Source: Octopus vulgaris (lineage: Eukaryota). From it: a stretch of DNA of 64,000 nucleotides. The stretch spans positions 116,932,001 to 116,996,000 of the forward strand of contig OX597822.1 of NCBI GenBank assembly GCA_951406725.2, in the 5' to 3' direction. Positions 39,315 to 52,960 of the stretch are shown piece by piece (the stretch's first letter is position 1; every line of letters begins with the position of its first letter). The notes beneath the pieces are model-generated. The model was not told where the DNA came from, did no database searches, and saw only the letters and a program-made list of their open reading frames with translations. The translations under genes were made by a program, and so were the position numbers.

Positions 39315-40354
39315 CTGGAGGAAACGAAACACAAAATACAAAAGATTACCATCAGGTAAAAAGGGAAAATAGTGTTATTGTCATACAAGTGGTATTCCTT
39401 GTTTCTAGTCCCCTGTGAAAATAACTCTGGCCATGTGTGTGTGTCTGGGGAATATTACTTCGTTCTGAAACACCGCCAGATCTGACTGGCCTGATACAGC
39501 CTTTGGGCTTCCCAGACCCCAGTTGAACCGTCCAACCCATGCTAGCATGGAAAGTGGACGTTAAACGATGATGATGATGATGATGATGATTAGCAACAGG
39601 TGAAACATGGAAAACTTGGAAACTGGCTTCCTGTGTCAAACAATCAAAATTTTTCCTTTTCACTGTAACATATACGTGATACCTTGTTATATATTGTTGC
39701 TATTATGTTAAATTGTTGTATGTCCAAAATTGGCCAAATGCATTTTTTACAATATTTAATTTTGCTTGCAATAGCCAGTTCTTTTGGTCAAACTACTGCA
39801 TCTCTGGCTGCTTCAGATGAAAATTAACAAAGTTTAGCATTTTTCAAAAATGTAGTAAGCCCCACATATGATAGTTTTGCAAAAGTATTTCTGACTGGAA
39901 ATTTCAAAAATGCATGGAGTTATGATTTTATGCACCCAACAAAGTATTATTGTTAAGCTGAAACTGTTGCTAATGTAAAAAGAAATGGAATGGGGAAACT
40001 ATTTCCATTTTCTGAAAAAGCAACGTTTTGGACTTACAACACTTTTGCATAATAGCAATGATATGTATTAATGACTGATGTATGGGAACCATTATATATA
40101 TATGTGTATATTGTAAGCAGCATTTCTATATAATAGAGATGGTGGCAGTATTCGATAACAAGTTAGAAAGACTGAAAAGCAATTAGGCTAGAACCAATTT
40201 AGTGATTCAAGGCCACAGAAAAGTTTCGAGTGGACACTTGACCAATCAAACAAACAAACTGATGGAAACTGTGGCCACCTAACAGTTTGGTGGTGAGGAA
40301 TGATAGCAGTGGTGCACAATTATTACTAAAAGAATGTATGGAAACATTACTTAC

Positions 40355-40507
40355 CATGAACACATCAAACTCATCGAGGCAGCGGAAAGGTGACTCAGTA
40401 CCACACCAAAGGGCCAGGATGAAGCAAACGGTGGCGAAGGAGCGTTCACCACCAGACAATGACTTCACATCTTTACAGGATTTTCCATCAGAATTCACCG
40501 GGTTTAC
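40355..40507 (-). CDS. SMC6: SMC6 exon, third from last: ABC signature and Walker B ([51 protein letters not shown])
   Basis: 153 nt (51 codons) between a tttatttag acceptor and a gtaagt donor, phase 0/0. [15 protein letters not shown]...[13 protein letters not shown] is the SMC6 C-terminal head motif. Confidence 0.95.
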
Positions 40508-42723
40508 CTAAATAAAGAATCACAAAAGAAAAAAAAAGTCATGATATTGTTTTCACCTTAAGAATTTTGGGGGAAGGTAGAGGCCTCAGCTTTAGTGAAG
40601 GAACAGGTTTACTACCAAAACTATTTGTTTACACAGATGATGAGGACTACGAAGATGAATGTTGCCATTGTCATCGTTGTCGTCATCATCATCATTTCAA
40701 TGTATATACTTTTTGATGCTCATGTGGCTTGCACAGAATTTATTAAGGTGTATTTTCTGCAGCCAGATGCCCTTCCTGTTGCCAACCCTTACCTGTTTGT
40801 AAGGGAGGTTGGAAATAAAGGACACTGCTAGTATGACAGTGACACTCATTTACAACTATCATGTGAAGTCGAGGCAAGGACACACTGACACACACACATG
40901 TATACATATACATGATGGGCTTCTTTCAGTTCCCATCTACCAAATCCTCTCACAATGTTTTGGCTGGCCTCAGGCTAAACTAGAAGACACTTGCCCAAGG
41001 TGCTACACAGTGGGACTGAACCCAAAACCATGTAGTTGGGAAGCAAACTTCTTACCACACAGCCAAGCCTTCATTCCATCATTTTGGTTCAATTTTAGTA
41101 AAAATCTGTCTTGAACATTTTAAGCAGCTGTTCCTGTTTACTATGTGATATGTACATGTTGGACACATGCTCAGGTTGGCAGTGTCCACATGTTTATTTT
41201 ATTGCAGGTTCCAATTGGGCTATTGATCCATGGCTGTGCATCAGAACCCTGTATGAAGTAAAGGCTTGTGAGTTCAAATCTCACCTGAACACAAATACAA
41301 ATGTTTGATAAGTTTGGTTTATGATGACCAGAAGAAATTAAACACCAATCACAAAATGTAAATTAGTCTTAGCATATTTAATACATGGGACATTAAAAAG
41401 GTTAACAAAAAATATGTGTGCATGGAGGGGGAGGGGGTAAAGAAAATAAAAGAAAACAATATTAGTCCAGCAAATATTGCAGACAACTTGGAACATGTTC
41501 AGATCTTATTCTCACCTCATCAAATACAGCATAATCTCCGATGTACTTGCCAAAGTAACAATGAAAGAAATACCAAATAAGTGCAGAGGGTTGTGACGTT
41601 TGCTGGCATAGCACAGCATATTTAATAAAAGTACAGACAACGAGAAGTTAAATCAGTCAGGAAGGAAGAAGACGAAGAAGGAAAAACACACAAAGAAGAG
41701 ATATTTCCATCCCTCGTTAGAACACTAAAAATAACTCATCTTGAAAATGTAAACAGAAGACCTACTTTACCGTCTTTTCTTCATTTGTAAATAGGAATGT
41801 TACGGCTAGGAGAATTTATAGTCATCACCAGTCAGTGCAGGTAAGTCAGTATTGCTATTAATTTGATGCAGTGGAAGAGCTTAGAGGTGAATGAATAAGG
41901 TGTGAAGTTTAATTTACTTATCAACCCAGTATAAACAATTATGTAGCTTTTTAATTAAAAATGCATGATGAATGACAATGTGGCTAGGGAGAATCAAGGG
42001 AGTTTAGTAGGAGTGACGACAGAGTGTGTGGTGCATATACAGATCTTCAGTGATTTATTATATATATGCTTTGAGCTGGCGCTGTGTGAATGCATCTGTG
42101 GTGGTGACATGTAAAACACACCCAGTGCACTCTGTTAAGTGGTTGGCGTTAGGAAGGACATCCAGCCATAGAAACCATGCCACTACAGACAGCTCCATGC
42201 CAAACTGTCCAACCCATGCCAGCATGGAGACAAGATGTTAAATGATGATGATGATGATGATGGGTGAAAGAGACAGAGCTAGGATCATAAAGATGAAAGG
42301 AGGGATTGAATGTTAGAGAAATAAGAGTTACACAACAAGCAAATTGAAGGGGAAAGACCCACAGCCATCCTTAAGTCACACCGACAACATAGAACAGTGA
42401 GTTAAAAGCGACAAACGATAGAAAGACAAGTGTTAACTGTTTAAGTTACCTATGTAGGTATGAGGAGACACACAGACGCTCTCTTGATCTTTACCTTTTG
42501 ACCAAGTAGAACAATGAGAGGAAAAAAGGAGAGGGCTGGATGCACCAGCACTTGGCTGCTATTCATTTCAATTGAATAAATTGGAGCAACATGAAATGAA
42601 GTGCTTTGCTCATGGAGACAACATGTTGCCTGATTCAAGAATTGAATCCACAACCTCATGATCACGAGGTCAACACCCTAACCACTAAGCTACATGTCTA
42701 AACATATAAATATTAATATGAAA

Positions 42724-43415
42724 TGGGATGAGGTGGTGAAGCACGACCTTCGAACATTAGGCCTCACCGAGGCAATGACTAGTCACCGAGACCTTTGGAA
42801 ATATGCTGTGCCTGGGAAGACCCGGCAAGCCAAATGAGATCATAAACCAAGGCCTATGCCAGGGGTGTAACCAGCCCACCTATGCATACCTTTCCTTCAT
42901 TGACACTAAACTCTGCTTGCGAAGACTTGTTGAGGCAAGTGAAATCAAAATCAAATTTGATGACTGGCATCTGTGCTAGTGGAGGGTTAAGAGCACAATC
43001 CGAGTGTGATCGTTGTCAGAGCAGCTGACTGGTTTCCCTGCTGGTGGCATGTAAAAAAGCACCATTCGAACATGATCATTGCCAGCATCGCCTTACTAGC
43101 ACTTGTGCCGGTGGCATGTGAAAAACTATTTGAGCGAGGTCGTTGTCAGTGCTGCTGGACTGGCTCCTGTGTAGGTAGCACGTAAAAAACACCATTTGAG
43201 TGTGGCCATTGCCAGTACCACCAGACTGGCCCTCATGCCGGTGGCACGAAAAGCACCCACTACACTCTTGGGGTGGTTGGCATTAGGAAGGGCATCCAGC
43301 TGTAGAAACTCTGCCAGATCAGATTGGAGCCTGGCGCAGCCATCTGGTTTGCCAGTCCTCAGTCAAATCATCCAACCCATGCTAGCATAGAAAGCAGACA
43401 TTAAAATGATGATGA
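42724..43415 (+). mobile_element. 5'-truncated RTE LINE 3' end with full 3' UTR
   Basis: WDEVVKHDLRTLGLTEAMTSHRDLWKYAV, tandem units and a (GAT)n tail; collinear with 61559-62340. Confidence 0.85.
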
Positions 43416-46085
43416 TACATAATAAAATGGTACTTAATTTATCGACCCCGAAAGGATGAAAGGCAAAGTCGACCTCGGCGGAATTTGAACTCAGAACGCA
43501 GCGGCAGACGAAATAACACAAAGCATATTAATGGCCATTGATAGCCAACGAGAACGTATCAGGTCTTTGCTCTGGCATTCGAAACTCCGAGTACTATAAC
43601 GACAACCTTTTACTGTTTGTTGTAATTCATAACACACACACACACATTCTCTTTCAGTTAAACACAATGTATTATTGTTAGGAGGGAGGATATGAGAAGT
43701 TGCTGCAATGTCTTTCAAGGCGTAGGACAGGCTGTGTGTTAAGTAGATTGCTTACCAACCACATGGTTCCGGGTTCAGTTCCACTGCATGGCATCTTGGG
43801 CAAGTGTCTTCTACTATAGCCTCGGGCCGACCAAAGCCTTGTGAGTGGATTTGGTAGACGGAAGCAGAAAGAAGCCTGTCATATGTCTGTGTTTGTCCTC
43901 CCACCATCGCTTGACAACCGATGCTGGTGTGTTTATGTCCCTGTAACTTAGCGGTTCAGCAAAAGAGACCGATAGAATAAGTACTAGGCTTACAAAGAAT
44001 AAGTCCTGGGGTTGATTTGCTCGACTAAATGGTGGTGCTCCAGCATGGCCATAGTCAAATGACTGAAGCAAGTAAAAGAGTCAATGAAGTCATTCCAACT
44101 TGGAATCGAAAATGTTACAATTTTTTCATTCTTCAGGGAAATTGTTGGTACATTAGAGACAGACAGACAGATAGATAGAGAGAGAGAGAGAGGAGGAGGG
44201 AAAAGTGAGATCTGAAATTCTGTCACTGTCATCTCCTTCCCCCCCTCCCTGCCCAGCCCCACCCCGCCCGGCAAGACAAAAGTTCATGGTTAACATTTGA
44301 CATAATCCAACAATAACTATCGACAACAAAACACTAATTCAGTCCTTTATCCCCAATTTCTGACAAGAACACGCCCCCCCCCCCACACACACACATACAA
44401 CCTCCCCGCCCTCACCGGCCCCATCCACACTCCACACACACACACACACGTTATAGAAAAGAAAAAGACCAAAATGCTGGTTCCTCTTTTTCTTCTTCTC
44501 TGCCTCCTCCTCCCACCCTCCCCGCCTCCTCCTTCTTATGGAGACATTCAAGTCTAATAATAGAACCCATGCAATCTGACTGCAGTGGGGAGCACAGCAG
44601 AACCAAAATCATACACAAGAAAAATCTCAACCATTCAGATGACATGTAACTGCACACAGCCCCTCTTTAACATTCTATCTCTATAGTCCTATCTACTGAC
44701 CCCCTCCTCCACCATCACCTTCTATACCTCCCACGTACCATCCTGTATACCACCCTGTGTCCCTACCGCCACCCTCAAAAACCTCACTACCATCTTACTA
44801 CCCACCCTTCACACCACTAACATCATACATCCTCTACTTATGACAATACCATTTTCCATCTCTCATTACCGCCACGGCCTACACATCTTAAACCATCCAC
44901 CATCACCCATACCTCTTTCTTACACCATCCTACCATTTTCCATATCTCAATACCTATTTCTTTACTGCCCACAAGGGGCTAAACATAGAAGGGGACAAAC
45001 AAGGACAGACAAATGGATTAAGTCGATTACATCGACCCTAGTACGTAACTGGTACTTAATTTATCGACCCCGAAAGGATAAAAGGCAAAATCAACCTTGG
45101 CGGAATTTGAATTCAGAACATAACGGCAGACGAAATACAGCTTCGCATTTCGCCCGGCGTGCTAACGTTTCTGCCAGCTCGCCGCCTTATATCTCAATAC
45201 CATCACTCCCTATACCTCGTCTTTACCATTTGTTATCATCTGACCCTCTTCCTTACCAGCCGACCATCATCTATCTTTTTCCCAGCCATTCTATAAATCC
45301 CATTGTGGCATCTATGGCTCCTTGTTTATTGTTGATAGGACGGGTGAAGCATTCTTATTATTCCGCATAGGTGCAGGTGTGGCTGTGTGGTAAGAAATTT
45401 GCTTCCCAACCACATGGTTCTGGGTTCAGTCTCACTGTGTGGCACTTTGGGCTTCTTCTACTACAAACTCAAGTTGACCAAAGCATTGTGAGTGGATTTG
45501 GTAGATGGAAACTGAAAGAAGCTTGTCATATATGTGTGAGAGTGTGTGTGTGTCTTCATGTCTGTGTTTGTCCCCCATCACTGCTTGACAACCGGTGTTG
45601 GTGTGTTTACGTCCCTGTAACTTGGCAGTTTGGCAAAAGAGTCCGATAGAAAAAGTACCAGACTTAACAAAAAATAAGGGACTGGGGTTGAGTCATTTCA
45701 TTAAGAATTCTTTAAGGTGGTGGCCCAGCATGGTCACAGTTTAATACCTGAATGGAGTAAAAGATAAAAGATATCACTCACTCTTCAAAATTGCTGGCAT
45801 TGTGCCAAAATTTGAAACCACCATTTTACATGGAATTGGTGATTCCAGAAGATTCAAACTTTAGAGAATTTTTGTAGAAAATTCTAGTTCCTTATCTCGT
45901 TTGACAGGTACAAGAGCCTCTTCCCTTAGATCTCTAAGAAAAACCACATGAAACACTGCATTGTTCATATAATCCAGTTTACAAAGGAGCATATACACAA
46001 TGGCTCAATTTGCTAGAAACAACAGCAGCTAAATCTTCCTTAGCACAGAGCTCACTATCTTAAAATACAAAGCAAATATTGAATA

Positions 46086-46461
46086 CTAGCACTATGACCC
46101 GGCGTTGCCGGGTCATAGTGCTAGTGCATGCATATACAGCTGTGTGCGTGTGCACATATACGCGAGTACTGTCCAAATCTTCGACCAATCACATACAGCT
46201 AGCTGGCATTCAATTGGCATATCAAGTTTTGGGCATTTTGATTGGGTTTTGGATAGAAAATTCACAAAAAAGTCACTTCTATTCATTTTTTAATGGCTTT
46301 GCAGGGTGACTGGGGAAATGTAAAGATGTGCACGACCACCCTTGGACGGTTTGGAATGACCATAGAAAGTGTGAGCCCTCTAACTGAAAAATTGTGGATT
46401 TGTATAAAGGACACGCACACACACACACACACAGACATTTTGCCGTTTATATATATAGAGA
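46086..46461 (-). mobile_element. Short non-autonomous Helitron with a perfect terminal hairpin
   Basis: Minus strand starts TC after A and ends CTAG before T. Perfect 18-bp inverted repeat actagcactatgacccgg/ccgggtcatagtgctagt at 46085-46125. Confidence 0.7.
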
Positions 46462-49232
46462 TACGACTGTATACTCTAGCATACAAGTTGATGTAGTATG
46501 TAGTGTAAAAGTTGAAACATCGTTATTATCTTTCCAAATTCTGCTGCACTGACATGGAATTTTTGACCCTCAAAAGTCGTCTTGGTGCATAAGTTGACCT
46601 AACCATTTTCACTGAAAATTTTGGCTAGAAAAATAGGCTGGAAAATGTAGTATGATGTGCATATGTATGTATATGTGTGTGTGTGTGTGTGTTTGTGAGA
46701 AAGCAAGGGAAGATCATAGCCAAAACGTTGTTGATCCTAAGTTTGTTCAATGAAGGTCAACCTGGGGCTAAACTGCCACTGCCACCATTACTCCAATCTT
46801 GAAGGAGGGAAAAAGCTGATGAGTGTAGTGTTCTCTTGGAGTAATGAAGGAATGAAACAGAGAGATAAAACAATGTGCCATATTTGGTGTGCAATTAACC
46901 AAAACAGTTGACACCTCTTGTTGGCAATGTCTTCATCATATTCTAAGAATAAAAACAACATCAACAAAAAAACTTGGATTATTTTTAACCCCCCCTACCT
47001 CCCGTAAGCCTAACTACAGGTAAAGGAATGTTTAGAGAGAGGAAGTAATTTTCTTGACAGGAGTATGGCATGAAGTCAAAACAAACACCCAGTGTTCAGC
47101 GATATAACAGCGCTATTAATAATGGTTTCAAATTTTGGTACAAGGCCAGCAATTTTGTGGAGGACGGAGTGCGCAACTGGTACTTAATATATTGACTCCG
47201 AAAGGATGTAAGGCAAAGTTGACCTTGGTGCCATTAGAAAATGGAAAAGATAAAGTGAGATGTTGACAAACAGACAGACAGAAGAATGGACAGGCTGGCC
47301 GGTTCCTCTATTCTAACCCTCTGTGTCCCTCTCACTTGAAACTGCTGCACTTTGTTATTGACCTACCATATATTCCTGCATACAAGTCAATGCATTTGTA
47401 ATGTAAATATTTAAATGTTCAAATACTGTCACTGTGTTTCCAAACCTTGGTGCATTTCCCATAGAATTTTTGGTTCTCCCAAGTTATCTTGTTGTATAAG
47501 ATGGCCTAGGTATTTTGGGGCTGTAAATTTTGGTCTGAAAAATTCAACTTGTATGCTGGAAAATGTGGTATTTCCCTTGGGGACATTCCAAACTAACAGT
47601 CACCCACAGTGCACCAGGATGTTGCCAAAATGGTAGCCCCATCATCCGACTATTCTGCAGAGGACCAACAACCCACTCGAGAGAACTCTCAACTTGCTAC
47701 AACACCGACCAGAAGAAGCTAAGAAACGCAGCATTCTGGAAAATGTGATATTTTTGCATCCGTTTGCCTCACAATTTCATTCATAAACTTTGGTTTCTTG
47801 TCTTTGAAAAAATAATTCCATCTCCTCCATTCCTCTGGTTCACATACACACAACTATACATTCACGATATGATTCTTTATGTATTTCTAATATGAACAAT
47901 ATGCGCAGAAGTGGCTGTGTGGTAAGTAGCTTGCTAATCAACCACATGGTTCCGGGTTCAGTCCCACTGCGTGGCATCTTGGGCAAGTGTCTTCTGCTAT
48001 AGCCCCGGGCCGACCAAAGCCTTGTGAGTGGATTTGGTAGACGGAAACTGAAAGAAGCCTGTCGTATATATGTATATATATATGTGTGTTTGTTCCCCCA
48101 GCATTGCTTGACAACCGATGCTGGTGTGTTTACATCCCTGTCACTTAGCGGTTCGGCAAAAGAGACCGATAGAATAAGTACTGGGCTTACAAAAGAATAA
48201 GTCCCGGGGTCGATTTACTCGACTAAAGGCGGTGCCCCAGCATGGCCGCAGTCAAATGACTGAAACAAGTAAAAGAGAGAGTAAAAGAGTAAAGAGTAAT
48301 ATGTAACAACAGCAATAATAATATCATTTTCAGTAGAAATAGCTTACTAAACAAGAATTTGTTTTAGTGTGGATGTTTTAAAAACCTTGCTCTAACTTGG
48401 TTTATTATGCTTTTCATTTTTTCAAACGGTCGTCAAATGTTTATGCTGTAAACATGAGAGATTAAGAATCGGGTGGGGGTGGGGGTGGAGGAAAAACAAT
48501 TTGCTCTAATTAAAAAGAAAAATTAATTTCTTGAAGTTTGTTTTTTTTTCAAATTAGAAATTAATAAGCAATAAATTTACAGCTGCATTGCATATTTTGG
48601 TGTGTGTGTGTGTGTGTGTGTGTGTGTTGAGTAAGTAGGGGGGAAAAAATCCAAGCTGTGTTGTCTTCTTATTCCAGTATTCCAATCATGTATGTTGTTG
48701 CTGTCATCGTATTAATGTGAAATAAATACACATAAAATATATGTATGTCTTGTTTGTATTTGAAACATATAAATTTTGTTTACGTTTGCTTCTGTTTCAG
48801 CAAACTTAAAAGGCTGTTGTTTCAGCCTCACTTTATTAACGATGAAAAACTAATTACAAATGCAGACTTATTCTTTCTGCATTTGTAATTAACTTTGATC
48901 TCTTATACTCTTATATATTTATTCATGGATATATATCGCTCAGTGTTTGTGTTTTGTCCCCCCACCCCAGCCACTTGACAACCAGTGTTGGTTTGTTTAC
49001 GTCCCCATAACTTAACAGTTTGGCAAAAGAGACTGACAGAATAACTACCAGGTTTAAAAAAAAACTAAAGTCCCAGGCTTGATTTGTTTGACTAAATAAA
49101 CCCCTTAAAGTGGTGCCCCAGCATGGCCACAGTCCAATGGGTGAAAACAAGTCAAAGATAAAAAAAAAATAATGAAATTTAGCAAATCAATACTGGAATA
49201 GCTCACTGATACATGTGTGTGTGTGTGTGTGT

Positions 49233-49349
49233 AGTTCAAATTTACAGAAAACAAAAGATAAAGGCAGGTGTAGGAACAACAAGCAAGTGTAGTAGTTTAA
49301 GGCTCGGGAAAAATGGAAAAGTGTTTTACGTTTCGAGCCTATGCTCTTC
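49233..49349 (-). mobile_element. Truncated hammerhead-carrying short element (3' half of core only)
   Basis: Minus strand GA-A-GAGC-atag-GCTC-GAAAC-GTA-AAAC, with a tail homologous to 59763-59852. Confidence 0.55.
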
Positions 49350-49353
49350 GCTA

Positions 49354-50215
49354 CTGCCAGCTCACGGCCTTCAGCAAGTCATTCATATTACTAATTGTTT
49401 GTTTAGAAGAGGAAGAAATAATAACAATCCTTTCTACTACAGGCACAAAGACTGAAATTTAGGGGAAGGGGTCTAGTCGATTACATTTCACTGGTACCTA
49501 ATTTATCAACCCTGAAAGGATGAAAGCCAAAGTCAACTTTGGCAGAATTTGAACTCAGAACGTAAAGATGGGCAAAATGCTGATAAGCATTTTGCCTGGT
49601 GTGCTAACGATTCTGCCAGCTTGCTGCCTTAAAATAATAATAATAATAATAATAATAATAATCCTTTCTACTATAGGCACAAGGCCTGAAACTCTGGGGG
49701 AGGGGATGAGTTGAATACACTGACCCTAATACTCAACTGGTGCTTGTTTTATTGACCCCAAAAGGATGAAAGGCAAAGTTAACTTTGGCGGAATTTGAAC
49801 TCAGAATGGACAAAATATTGCTAAGCATTGCGCCTGGCATGCTAACGATTCTGCCAGCACACTACCTTCATCAGTTCACTCACATTTCTAACTGTTTGTT
49901 TAGAGGAGGAAGAAATAATAATAATAATAGTTTCAAATTTTGCCAGAAGAGCAGCCATTTTGGGGTAGAGGATGAATCGATTACATCGACCCCAGTGTTT
50001 CACTGGTACTTAATTTATCGACTCTGAAAAGCTGAAAGGTAAAGTTGACCTTGGCAGAATTTGAACTCAGAACATGAAGAGAGAGAGAGAGACAAAATAC
50101 CACTAAGCATAGCACCTGGCTTGCTAACAATTCTGCCAGCACACCACTTTCATTAATTCACTCACATTTATAAATGTTTGTTTAGAAGGGGAAGAAATAA
50201 TAATAATAATAATAA
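49354..50215 (-). repeat. Tandem array of family B-related SINEs with a repeated ~55-bp spacer
   Basis: Spacer ttcactcacattt.taa.tgtttgtttaga.gaggaagaaataataa at about 49368, 49866 and 50148. Confidence 0.7.
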
Positions 50216-51425
50216 CATTTTATCTAAACAGAAAAGGTCATTAACCAAGATAAGTTTTACTATGAGTAGAGTGATCCTATTTTTATAATGTGCAATTGAA
50301 ACAGGAGTCTCATTTTACGCATCTCAAATGCACACACGTACATATGTCATATGCGTTTTATGAATAGATGAGAATAAGAATTACTGGTACTGCAGTTTTG
50401 CTAAATCATTTATTAAAAAAACCTAGAAACTGAAGTGATTAAAATCATGCTGCTTAACCCCTTAGCATTGGCGTTAGGAAGGGCATCCAGCTGCAGAAAC
50501 TCTGCCAGATCAGATTGGAGCCTGGTGCAGCCATCTGGTTCGCCAGCCCTCAGTCAAAATCGTCCAACCCATGCCAGCATGGAAAGCGGACGTTAAACAA
50601 ACGATGATGATGATGTAAGGGTTTATTTTACTCAAATTGTTTTGAAGCAATTCTTTCATTACTTTTTTTTATAGTTTTGAGGTTTAGATGATGCGATCGT
50701 TTACTTTTCAGAATGTCAATGTAGTGTAGGTGTGAAAGGCTGGATATGGTCAGTTTGAATTCAAAACGTAACATATTTGGGCTGGATTTGGCTGCTTTAA
50801 ACACTGAAGGGATAAACATGAACAAAAGAAAACCAGACAAGCAACAAATCAGCCGTGTTATACAAGAACTGTACATTCATACCTTAACAAAAACTGAACA
50901 ACACAAATTTCAAATCAAAGCTTCATTTCCAAAAAGCCAAATGATTTGTAGAAAGGAAAAAATACAGGTTTCAAATTTTGGCACAAGTTTGGGAGGGGTG
51001 GGTAAGTTGATTACATTGGCCCCAGTGCTCAACTGGTACTTATTTTATCAACTGTGAAAGGATGAAAGGCAAAGCTGACCGCAGAGGAATTCGAACCCAT
51101 GCCAGCATGGAAAACAAGCATTTAATTTGGCCATATCCAGCACAAATGTTCCATCTGCTTTATGTTAAAACTGACCATATTCAACATCTCACACCTACCC
51201 TACAATGCCATTCTAAAAATATACAATCACACCAAAGAAATCTTGAAATTACAAGATAATCTGTGATTAATTCAGAACAGAAGGAATAAACAAGCATTAG
51301 ATTTGACAAAGAAATCTGAATACCAAAGGTTTAAAGGACAACGATGATGAATGTAAAGACGGACAAAAGGGCCACTAAGCATTGAAGGGCAAAGAATTAC
51401 TCTGTGAATTTTAAAGCACTAATAA

Positions 51426-51456
<31 letters not shown>

Positions 51457-52584
51457 CTTTCCCATTGAAAACAACGTATGAGCGTTCAGCTTTTGTTCCA
51501 TCACATCGGCATTGCCTGAACAGGTGCACTGTGTTGCTCGAGAACACACTGCACCACCCAATCTAGGAATTGAAACCATGATTTTGAGATCATGAGTACA
51601 ACACCCTAGGCCATGCATCCTCACGAATAATAATAATAATAATAATAATCCTTTCTACTATAGGCACAAGGCCTGAAATTGTGGGGGAGGGACCAGTTGA
51701 TTAATTACATTGACCTTAGTACTTCACTGGTACTTAATTTATTGACCCCAAAAGAATGAAAGGCAAAGTCAACCTTGGTGAAATTTGAACTCAGAATGTA
51801 ACATTTTGCCCGGCATGCTATCGATTCTGCCAGCTTGCCACCCAGACAATAATAATAATAATAATAACAATCACTCCCAGTATCCTCTCTGCCAAACTAA
51901 ACAGCAATCAAATTCTTCAGATTTTACTTATTAAAGATGATTACATGACTATCTTTGAACTGTTTCTCACGAACCCCTTATCAGCTACAAGCTACACTTG
52001 AGGGTTCTACATGACCCATTAATTTCCAGTATTATCAAGACCCACCCTGTACAATTTGATACACTACCGCTCGTATGAAGTGACTATCTAGTCAGAGGTG
52101 AGAATCATTGAGGCATTGCAGGAATTCCATTAGAAAAAAAAGCGAAATTCCTGTGAGCAAAGAAACAAGGCTATTGTAAAACTATTTTTTCTAGACACAA
52201 TATTAGATATTTATAAATATCTATGCAGGATGATGGTAATTGCTGACATAGCCACCTGGGTGGTGTCCTTTGTCAGTAGATATATTTTTGATTTTCTGTC
52301 ACAAATTGTCATTTATTGCACCTAAAATTTTCTACATTAGGGATTTTAGCATTTAATCCACAACCATTTAGGCCCACAATTTAGCATTCAAACTGGCCAT
52401 ATCCGATCCAAATATTCTATCTGTTTCATAGGCCAGATTGGGCCTCTTGCACCTACCCTACTATGTCATTATAAATATAAACAATCATGTGATTAAAACC
52501 TTGAATTTAAAACAATGAGTTTAAATAAGAATTATATTTAACAGAAAACTGTGAATGCTAAAGGGTTAATTACAAAAATACAAG

Positions 52585-52960
52585 TGACCAAAATGGGGTT
52601 CTTCGAAAGGATTTCAGGAGTAACGCTTTTTGGCAGGGGGCATAGCACAGGTCTTTCCAGATCAAACCCGCTACTTCTCTGCATTGACAGGTCACAGCCC
52701 TGGCACTACAGACATGATTAAAATGTTGCAGGAAAGAGTCACAAGACAGATTCTTCATGCTGAGTCAACCAGCAGATGTAAGGATAGACAAGGAATGAGG
52801 ATGGTTGGAAAATGTCCAAAGTCTCAGTTGATTGCATTGGAAATCCTAACAAGAAGTGTAATTGACAGTTGCTTCTGATAAGACCCTAATGGAGGAGGAG
52901 CCTACTCCCATGACCCTCCCAAGAATAGTGGGCAGAGAAAATGGATGGGTGGAATTATAA
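52585..52960 (+). pseudogene. RTE-like LINE C-terminal fragment (different subfamily)
   Basis: MGFFERISGVT..PLLLCIDRSQ..MLQERVTRQILHAEST in broken frames. Confidence 0.55.

Noticed and set aside
41205-41292. tRNA gene suggested by a T-arm GTGAG-TTCAAAT-CTCAC
   Set aside because: Acceptor, D and anticodon stems cannot be formed. SINE heads elsewhere (e.g. 28120-28190, 47902-47970) are likewise tRNA-derived but run into SINE bodies.
41510-41640. Candidate upstream SMC6 exon ending at a minus-strand GTGAG donor
   Set aside because: None of the three frames resembles the expected SMC6 segment preceding VNP (F...L..R.Y.G...F.H...L.I).
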